DNA from: a virus | Taxonomy: Duplodnaviria > Heunggongvirae > Uroviricota > Caudoviricetes | DNA length: 64,000 nt | Reading direction: 5' to 3' (one strand) | IMG/VR virus record: IMGVR_UViG_3300032007_000003 | Location: 120,029 to 184,028 of that record | Part shown: one piece after another, positions 53,570 through 61,530 of the stretch | Numbering within the stretch: the first letter of the stretch is position 1 | Layout: each line of letters starts with the position of its first letter | Translations under genes and position numbers: made by a program | Notes under the pieces: generated by a model | The model's database searches: none | Told to the model about the DNA's origin: nothing | What the model saw: only the letters and a program-made list of their open reading frames with translations

Positions 53570-55729
53570 ATGGAAGTAAGAAAATGTGATGGCTCATTTG
53601 AAGAGTTTAACCCCAACAAGGTTAAAAGGGGTATTCAAGAAGCCTATCTAATGGCTGATGAAAAGAAAAATAGTGGAGAAATAAGTGAAGTCCTCGATGA
53701 AGTGTGTAATAGTGTCTACGATGGTATCTCTACCCAAGAGATAAGGAGAATTATAGAAGATAGACTTGTAAAGAGAAACTTTAAAGCAGGTCGTCAATAT
53801 ATACTTTATTGGGCAAAGAAAGAAGCTGTGAATCAGTTTGTTATTGATAAGGAAAGATTTATTTCCAAATATAAGAAATCCAATAACAATGCAGATGCCA
53901 CAGTTGATGACAACTCAAATGTGAATGGAAAAAACATAAGCCTAATAAACGCTGAAATTCACAAATCTGATAATATACTTGTTAGCAGGGGTATGATTAC
54001 TAGAAAACTACAAGAACTATACCCTAATTTTAACAGCAGAAATTATGTTAAGGATTTGGAGAGTCACATTATATATAAGCACGATGAATCTTCATTTGCT
54101 GGTGCAATTGCCCCATACTGTTGTTCAATATCGATGTATCCATTCCTAATAAATGGTATTGAAAACGTAGGTGGTTTGTCTGCCGCACCTAAAAACATTG
54201 ATTCGTATTGTGGTATGTTCTGCAATCTTTTGTTTGTGGTTGCGTCACAATTTGCTGGGGCTGTTGCAACCCCAGAGTTCCTTATGTACTTTGACTATTT
54301 TGCTAGAAAAGAATGGGGTGATGATTATTATCAACACTATAACGAGGAAATCTCTTGTGGGGTATCAAAGAGGAAGAAAACAATAAAAAGTCAGATACAC
54401 CAGTATTTTCAGCAGATAATTTATACAGCAAATCAGCCAGCATCTAGTAGAAATGGTCAGTCTTGTTTCTTGAATTTCTCTTATTTTGACAAACCTTTCT
54501 TTGATGCAATGTTTGAGAATTTCTATTTTCCAGATGGAACACAGCCATTGTGGGATAGTTTGAATTGGCTTCAGAAAGACTTTATGATGTGGTTCAATGA
54601 GGAAAGACTTAGATGTTTGCTGACATTCCCAGTAGAATCATTTGCATTGATTTATAAGGATGGTAAGTTTGTTGATGAGGAAAATGCAAAGTTCGTTGCT
54701 GATGAATTGGAGAGAGGACACTCATTTTTTATTTATATTTCTGATACAGCAGATAGTCTTAGTTCTTGCTGTCGCTTGAAAAACAAGATTCAAACAAAGG
54801 AATTTAGTTTTACTAATGGTAATATTGGCGTAGAAACTGGAAGTAAATCAGTTATCACACTAAATTTAAACAGAATCACGCAAGACTTTTGTAAAAAAGA
54901 ATTTGGAGCAAGACCATCGTTCAAAGACTTTACAAAAGACAACTTGGAAAATTATAGAAAGCATATTGTAAGAATACTAGAGAGAGTGTATAAATATCAC
55001 AACGCCTATAATGAACTTTTATGGGATATGTATAACGCTAATCTACTTCCAATTTATAAAGCAGGATTTATAGAGCTTAACAAACAATATCTTACAATTG
55101 GTATTAATGGTTTAAATCAAGCAGCAGAATTCCTAAAACTAGAATGTCATAAAAATGATGATTATAGTACATTCTGTAGATTTATCTTTGGTACTATTAA
55201 GGATGAGAATGAGAAGCATAAGACCAAGAAAACAACTTTTAACACAGAACAAGTTCCAGCCGAATCTTTAGCGGTTAAGAACTATAATTGGGATAAAGAA
55301 GATGGATATTGGGTTCCAGAAGATACAAACTTATATGCAAGCTACATCTTTAAACCAAACGATGATGACAGTGTACTTGATAAACTGTATATGATGGGTA
55401 AGAGTTTTGCCACCGACCAATTGGATGGTGGTGCTGCCGCACACATAAACCTTAGTGAACACTTGTCTAGTAAACAGTATTATTTACTCCTTGAATATGC
55501 AGCAAAGGTTGGTTGTTCATATTGGACAGTGAACGTTCCTAATGCAAAGTGTGAATGTGGCTTTATAACGAAGCATCCAATTACCGAATGCCCTAGATGC
55601 GGAAGTAAGAACATTGAGTATTATGATAGGGTAATTGGTTATCTTACAAAGATTAGCAACTGGTCTGAAGGTAGAAGAATTGAACAGAAGAATAGAAAAT
55701 ATTTGAAAGATGAAAAAATTGGTTTATGA
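53570..55729 (+). CDS. nrdD: Anaerobic (class III) ribonucleoside-triphosphate reductase with ATP cone
   Basis: ATP cone EVRKCDGS.E.F...K; IYKHD; PYCC; TFPVE; SSCCRL; C-terminal CEC..CPRCG; RVIGYL glycyl-radical loop. Confidence 0.93.
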   Translation: MEVRKCDGSFEEFNPNKVKRGIQEAYLMADEKKNSGEISEVLDEVCNSVYDGISTQEIRRIIEDRLVKRNFKAGRQYILYWAKKEAVNQFVIDKERFISKYKKSNNNADATVDDNSNVNGKNISLINAEIHKSDNILVSRGMITRKLQELYPNFNSRNYVKDLESHIIYKHDESSFAGAIAPYCCSISMYPFLINGIENVGGLSAAPKNIDSYCGMFCNLLFVVASQFAGAVATPEFLMYFDYFARKEWGDDYYQHYNEEISCGVSKRKKTIKSQIHQYFQQIIYTANQPASSRNGQSCFLNFSYFDKPFFDAMFENFYFPDGTQPLWDSLNWLQKDFMMWFNEERLRCLLTFPVESFALIYKDGKFVDEENAKFVADELERGHSFFIYISDTADSLSSCCRLKNKIQTKEFSFTNGNIGVETGSKSVITLNLNRITQDFCKKEFGARPSFKDFTKDNLENYRKHIVRILERVYKYHNAYNELLWDMYNANLLPIYKAGFIELNKQYLTIGINGLNQAAEFLKLECHKNDDYSTFCRFIFGTIKDENEKHKTKKTTFNTEQVPAESLAVKNYNWDKEDGYWVPEDTNLYASYIFKPNDDDSVLDKLYMMGKSFATDQLDGGAAAHINLSEHLSSKQYYLLLEYAAKVGCSYWTVNVPNAKCECGFITKHPITECPRCGSKNIEYYDRVIGYLTKISNWSEGRRIEQKNRKYLKDEKIGL

Positions 55730-55741
55730 ATAAAATAGAGT

Positions 55742-55771
55742 AAAAAAGAGCGTATCACTTACGCTCTTTTT
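55742..55771 (+). terminator. Intrinsic terminator between nrdD and the HNH gene
   Basis: AAAAAAGAGCGTA-TCACT-TACGCTCTTTTT. Confidence 0.75.
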
Positions 55772-55805
55772 CATCTTTTGAAATATTTATATTAAAAGGT
55801 TACTT

Positions 55806-56852
55806 ATGGATGATAGAATTAAGACGATAGTAGATTTATATACAAAAGAAAATAAAACATTTAGGGAAATATCAGAAATTATTGGTGATGTTAGTCCTTC
55901 TACTGTTAGAAGAATTCTAATTACAAACGACATTAAAATAAAACCAAAAGGTAATTATTCTTCAAAGGACTATCATTTTACTTCCCCATTCAAGCAAGAA
56001 GTAGAAGATATTGAAACCCTCAAGGAGTTGTTCAAAAGGTGTGTACCAGTAAAGAACATCGCAGAGCAATTGGGGGTTGGTAGAAAGGCTGTAGATAGAA
56101 AAATAAAAGAACTAGGGTTAGTTAGACCACGTTCCATGATGTCTAGAGAACAATATGACGATAGTAAAGACAAACGAATAGTCGAATTATATAATTGTGG
56201 CAATAGTCCTAATGAAATAGCAGAAATTGTTGGTTTATCTAGGTGTAGTGTTAAAAATCATCTAAAACATTGCGAGATTGTTCTTAGGGATATTTCCAAT
56301 GGTTTGTTTTTACATAATGGAAAGAAATTTCCAGAGGAGCTTAAGAATTATGAAACATTGTATGATATGTATGTTGTACAAAGGCTATCAAAGAAAGACA
56401 TAGCAGAAACGTTTAACGTTGCGCCAAGTGTTATTAATCGATGCCTTAAATTATATAATATACATGTAAGAGGTGATTCTGAGGCAAAATTTGGGCTAAT
56501 GAAGGGTGAAACCCATCCGAATTGGAAGGGCGGTAGAACTAGCTTATACGCAAGGTTACGTGAATTTTTTGGTGTTCACCAAACTCAAGAAGTTTTGAAA
56601 CGAGACCATTATAAGTGTCAGATGTGTGGAAGTGAGCATAAGTTACAAGTGCATCATATAAGACATTTTAAAAATATTTTTGAGGAAATTTTATCAGAAC
56701 ATAAGGATTTGAGTTTGAAAGATAACGAGAATGAACTTTATGATATTATTACAAAAGACGATAGATTTAACGATTTAGAGAATCTTATTACATATTGTAA
56801 GGAATGTCATTTATATAAGGTTCATAATTATAAAAAACATAAAGATAAATGA
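55806..56852 (+). mobile_element. HNH homing endonuclease with four N-terminal HTH repeats
   Basis: HTH repeats; HPNWKGG; RDHYKCQMCG...LQVHHI...NLITYCKECH; own TATTTATA at 55784. Confidence 0.82.
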
Positions 56853-57217
56853 TTAGAATATATAGGAAGCCTAATTGGATTCTAAACCCAAATGATAAGG
56901 TTGTGAATGCAATTTTGAAGAGGTGTGAGAAGTGTGATGGTTTATGTCCATGTACGCATAATTCTGAGGACTATGAGGGCAAAGATTTACATTGCCCTTG
57001 CACTGACTACATAATGAAAGATAAATGCGAATGTGGACTTTATATTAAGGATGAAACAAAACTTGAAAAAGGTATTAATAAGATAAAATGTAATGCTTGT
57101 GGAACAATTGTAGAATATACTGATAAGGATATAACATATGGTTTTTTATATCCAGAATCTATAAGATGTCCTAAATGTGATGCATTAATAGTGATTAAAG
57201 ATTTGCCAAATGATTAA
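56849..57217 (+). CDS. Ferredoxin:thioredoxin reductase catalytic-subunit-like protein with C-terminal CxxC...CxxC domain
   Basis: WILNPN.K.V..I; CPC, CPC, CECGLY; then CNAC...CPKC. Confidence 0.75.
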   Translation: MIRIYRKPNWILNPNDKVVNAILKRCEKCDGLCPCTHNSEDYEGKDLHCPCTDYIMKDKCECGLYIKDETKLEKGINKIKCNACGTIVEYTDKDITYGFLYPESIRCPKCDALIVIKDLPND

Positions 57218-57707
57218 ATATTATAATGCAATGGTAGTATTCGAAGAAATACCAAACGAAATAACGTTAGCAATTAACATAACGAATTGTCCATGTCATT
57301 GTAAGGGCTGTCATTCAAAGTTCCTTTGGGAAGATGTTGGTACAGAACTTACAATAGATGAGTTAAATAGACTGATTGACAAGAACGATGGAATCACAAC
57401 AGTATGTTTTATGGGTGGTGATGCAACTCCAGAGGCAATAAATACTTTGGCAGAATATGTTCACGAGATAAGAGAACTTAAGGTTGGCTGGTATAGTGGA
57501 ATGGATAATTTTTACAAGAATATAAATTTTAAATGGTTTGATTATGTCAAGTTAGGACATTATGACGAAAGTTTAGGCGGTTTGAATAAAGAAACTACGA
57601 ATCAGAAACTGTTTAAGTTGGCGCATAATAAATTAGAGGATGGTGTTTTAAAAATTGATTTTGAAGATATAACGAAGTTATTCTGTAAGAAAAAGGTGGC
57701 TAAATAG
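57210..57707 (+). CDS. nrdG: Anaerobic RNR activating enzyme (radical SAM)
   Basis: VFEEIPNEITLAINITNCPCHCKGCHS (CxxxCxxC); FMGGD; WYSG; KLGHY...TTNQ. Confidence 0.88.
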   Translation: MIKYYNAMVVFEEIPNEITLAINITNCPCHCKGCHSKFLWEDVGTELTIDELNRLIDKNDGITTVCFMGGDATPEAINTLAEYVHEIRELKVGWYSGMDNFYKNINFKWFDYVKLGHYDESLGGLNKETTNQKLFKLAHNKLEDGVLKIDFEDITKLFCKKKVAK

Positions 57708-57863
57708 TCACCTTTTTTATATATTGGAATATGATGATTTCAATTGCTTTACAGAAATATGGACTATTATAGAATAAAAGTGCAAGACTGACTTGCACTT
57801 TTTTATTTATTTTTGTCTAAAAAAAACTTATCTTTTAAATACTTATAGAAAATATTTTTTCAA

Positions 57864-58253
57864 ATGAATAAAAAGCAATACTTTGGCATAACCTATCCAT
57901 TTCGCAGTGATGGTTTTCAACATTTTTTTATCAATGCCAATGGCGACACTAAAGATAAGGCTAGAAGCGAGTTGATGCATATAGTCTTTACACCAAAGGG
58001 GCAAAGAATAAGAAATCCAGAGTTTGGAACAGACCTCATTAAGTTCATATTTGACCCAAACGAAAGTATTACTTGGGAGGCTGTTAAGAATGAGGTCAGC
58101 GAATCTGTAAGAAGATGGTCTAGGGATATAACTCTTAACAACATACAAGTGGTTAAGAATGAAGAGGATGAAGCTGAGATATATGTAAGATTAGATTACA
58201 GTGTTTCAGAAGGAAATAAAACAACTAATGATAGTATAATAGTACGAGTATAA
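57864..58253 (+). CDS. Baseplate wedge protein (T4 gp25-like)
   Basis: GITYPF; TPKGQRIRNPEFGTDL..FIFDP; TACTTATA at 57840; two hairpin terminators upstream (57690-57718, 57777-57803). Confidence 0.85.
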   Translation: MNKKQYFGITYPFRSDGFQHFFINANGDTKDKARSELMHIVFTPKGQRIRNPEFGTDLIKFIFDPNESITWEAVKNEVSESVRRWSRDITLNNIQVVKNEEDEAEIYVRLDYSVSEGNKTTNDSIIVRV

Positions 58254-59166
58254 TGGCTAAAGAGGAATTCATTGTTAAAGCCAAATTAGTTCAAGACAAA
58301 GAATATGATTATTCGAAAGTTGAATATAAAGACAATAAAACTAAAGTATGTATTATATGTCCAAAACACGGAGAGTTTTGGATAAGGCCAAACGATTTTC
58401 TAAGTGGGCATATGTGCGGAAAATGTGGAATAGAGACTAGGAGCAAAAAGAAACTTATTTCTCAAGAACATTTTATTGAAAAAACCAAAACAATTTTTCC
58501 ACAATATGATTACTCTTTAGTGAAATATATTGGTATGCATACAAAGATTAAATTGATTTGTCCTATTCATGGAAAATTTGAGATTAAGCCATATCATTTA
58601 CTAAATGGTCATGGATGTAAAAAATGCGGACAGATTTCAAGCCACAATAAACAAAGAAAAACAAAAGAAAATTTCATTGCAGAGGCTATAAAAATCCATG
58701 ACAATAAGTATGATTATTCAAAAGTAAAATACATTAATAGAGATACAAATGTTTGTATTATTTGTTCTAAACATGGAGAGTTTTTACAAACACCACATCA
58801 CCATTTGAGAGGATGTGGTTGCCCAATTTGTTCAGAGAGTAGTTTGGAAAAAGAAATTAGAGTATTTTTGAATAAACTTGGCATTAATTATATTCACAAA
58901 AAACAATTTGATTGGCTAGGACAACAGCATTTGGATTTTTATCTGCCAGAATATAACGCAGCAATAGAGTGCCAAGGTATACAACATTTTGAGGTTGTCG
59001 ATTTTTTTGGTGGGGAGAAAGGACTTAAAAAAAGAATTGAAAGAGATAAAAAGAAAAAATCCTATGTGAGAAAAATAACATATTCTTACTATATTATTCA
59101 ACATTTGAATATGAGGGCGTATATACAAATAAAGATTTATTAATAAATGAAATTAAAAGACATTAA
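58253..59166 (+). mobile_element. Free-standing homing endonuclease (CPxHG repeats plus nuclease) with an apparent frameshift near 59054
   Basis: Paralog of 14297 and 21014; the conserved C-terminus continues in the -1 frame to TAA at 59164-59166. Confidence 0.75.
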
Positions 59167-59169
59167 TAT

Positions 59170-61272
59170 ATGAATCGTAAGATTAATTATTTAGCTCGTG
59201 ATTTTGAATCAATTAAAGAAGAGCTGATAAAGTTTAGCAATAAATATTATCCTGAGTTATTTGATGACTTCAATGATTCAAGCATTGGTTCTTGGATGAT
59301 TGACCTTGTTTCTGACGTAGGCGATTCACTTTCTTATCATATTGACAGACAGTATCAAGAGACCAATATTGATAGTGCGAATCTTAGAAGTACTGTGTTG
59401 AATATGGCGAGAACCAATGGATTAAAGATTCCAGGACGAAAAGCATCTTCTTGTGAAGTGGAAATTAGTTGTGAATTGCCAGTTAGTCCTAATAATATAT
59501 CACTTCCAGATTGGAGTTACGCCCCAATATTACAGAGAACTAGTATCGTTTCTGCTGGTGCTTATAATTTTGAACTTACTGAGAACATAGATTTTAAGCA
59601 GCAGTTTAATAGTAACGGCTATTCAAATAGAAAAATTGTCCCATCTAGAGACAATAATGGTAATATAACTGGATATACTGTCACAAAGTCCACTATGGTA
59701 GTAAATGGTAATACTAAGGTATATAAAAAAGTTATATATTCAAGTGATTTACAACCATTTATGGAGTTCGTTTTGCCAGAGTCTAATGTTATGAATATTG
59801 AATCAATTATATTCAAGGAGAGTTCTGATTTTAATGAAAATCCTGAAATATATGAATATTATATTGATTCTGAGGAATATAGAATAACTAAGGAAGCTGT
59901 TATGACTTATCGCTTCTTTGAATGTGATTCATTGGCAGACCAATGGAGATTCGGAAGTGAGTTTAACAAGACTGACAATAACATCATAAAAGATATATAT
60001 AATCCAGAGGTATACGATGATGTTACTGAAACTATATATAAGTTTTATAAAAAAAGTGATGGGTCTTTTGGTGGTATTTGTTATAAAAGGGGTAACGATT
60101 ATATAATTGATGGTACTGATAATGTTGTTGATTTAAACACTTATTATGTTGAACTTTCAACTCAGAAAACTACAAGGTATTATATTGGCAAGTGGAAACC
60201 ATTAACTCAAAAATTCATTACAGAATTCACTGATAATGGGTATATGAAGATAATATTTGGTGCTGGGAACATTTATGACAGTGTACCAACTGCAACCACC
60301 AAGTATGGAGAGTATATTGCTTCAAAGATAATAAACAACGATATGTTGGGCATTCTTCCAAAAGAAGGGTGGACTATGTTCGTCCTATATAGAGTTGGTG
60401 GAGGTGTATCCACTAATCTAGGTCCTGGTTCCATTAATAAGCTTACAATAGCGAATATAGATTGGGGTAACACTGAAGGAACTAACGGTAGCATACGAGG
60501 TGATGTTATCAATTCCATGAAGGTTACTAACATCTCAACAGCATTGGCTGGTAAGAATGAACCATCTACTGAAGAAATAAAAGCACTTATGAAGTATAAC
60601 ACTTCTTCGCAAAATCGTGCCGTGACGGTAAAAGATTATAAGATTAAGTTAATGCAGATGCCACCTAAATACGGTGCTCCATTCAGAAGCAGCGTTATTG
60701 AAACTAATAATAAGATAGAGATTGATATGCTTGGCTTGGATGGTGATGGTAAATTAACATCATTATTGCCTCAGTCACTAGTTGATAATACAATAGAGTA
60801 TATGTCTCATTATAAGCAAATAAACGATTATATTGAGATTAGAAGTGGAAGGATTTATAATATTGGTGTTTCAGTTGATTTGTTCATTGATAAAAACTAT
60901 AATGCAGCAAATGTAATATCAAATGTAATAACAAAAATTTCTGAATATTTCAATGTTGATAAACATGATATGGGAGAAGACATATTTGTTGGTGATTTGG
61001 AAAAGGAAATCAATATGCAAGATGGTGTTATAAGTATTATTAGTCTTAGAATCTATACGTTAACTGGTAGTGGATACAGTTCAGATGTATGCCCACTTCC
61101 AACAATAGTAGAGGGAAGTAGTTGTGATACAGCACCAGAGTCATTATTTAGTGGACAAAAACAATTAGATTTGGATGCAACTCAAAAAGTCCTTTATAGT
61201 GATTTCAATTCAATGTGGGAAATTAAGAACCCAGATGGCGATGATATAAGAATACGTTGTAAAAGTGTTTAA
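59170..61272 (+). CDS. Baseplate wedge protein (T4 gp6 / baseplate J-like)
   Basis: INYLARDFESIKEEL; LSYHID...ET.IDSA; YRVGGG..TN; QNRAVTVKDY. Confidence 0.85.
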   Translation: MNRKINYLARDFESIKEELIKFSNKYYPELFDDFNDSSIGSWMIDLVSDVGDSLSYHIDRQYQETNIDSANLRSTVLNMARTNGLKIPGRKASSCEVEISCELPVSPNNISLPDWSYAPILQRTSIVSAGAYNFELTENIDFKQQFNSNGYSNRKIVPSRDNNGNITGYTVTKSTMVVNGNTKVYKKVIYSSDLQPFMEFVLPESNVMNIESIIFKESSDFNENPEIYEYYIDSEEYRITKEAVMTYRFFECDSLADQWRFGSEFNKTDNNIIKDIYNPEVYDDVTETIYKFYKKSDGSFGGICYKRGNDYIIDGTDNVVDLNTYYVELSTQKTTRYYIGKWKPLTQKFITEFTDNGYMKIIFGAGNIYDSVPTATTKYGEYIASKIINNDMLGILPKEGWTMFVLYRVGGGVSTNLGPGSINKLTIANIDWGNTEGTNGSIRGDVINSMKVTNISTALAGKNEPSTEEIKALMKYNTSSQNRAVTVKDYKIKLMQMPPKYGAPFRSSVIETNNKIEIDMLGLDGDGKLTSLLPQSLVDNTIEYMSHYKQINDYIEIRSGRIYNIGVSVDLFIDKNYNAANVISNVITKISEYFNVDKHDMGEDIFVGDLEKEINMQDGVISIISLRIYTLTGSGYSSDVCPLPTIVEGSSCDTAPESLFSGQKQLDLDATQKVLYSDFNSMWEIKNPDGDDIRIRCKSV

Positions 61273-61290
61273 TGTTAATATATAAGTGTT

Positions 61291-61527
61291 ATGGCTTGTG
61301 CTTGTAAGAATAAAATAGAAATGGAAAAGAAATATGGTACTCCAGCAGAAGAGACCATTCTTGACAAATGTTTTCGATATACATACAGATGTATGATATT
61401 TGCCATTGCAATATTAATTGCATTGGTGGTAACTCCAACAATAATTTTTGTGGCTTTATATAAAATGATTTTTAAAAATGGTGAACCACTTGTTTTGCCA
61501 AACTTTTTATCGAAATATATGAGATAA
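61291..61527 (+). CDS. Small membrane protein with MACACKNK N-terminus
   Basis: One long TM segment. Confidence 0.6.
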   Translation: MACACKNKIEMEKKYGTPAEETILDKCFRYTYRCMIFAIAILIALVVTPTIIFVALYKMIFKNGEPLVLPNFLSKYMR

Positions 61528-61530
61528 TTT

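Noticed and set aside
53570-55729. Intron or intein in nrdD (also checked helicase and primase)
   Set aside because: ORFs are continuous and of normal length with no intein-like insertion; the endonucleases are intergenic
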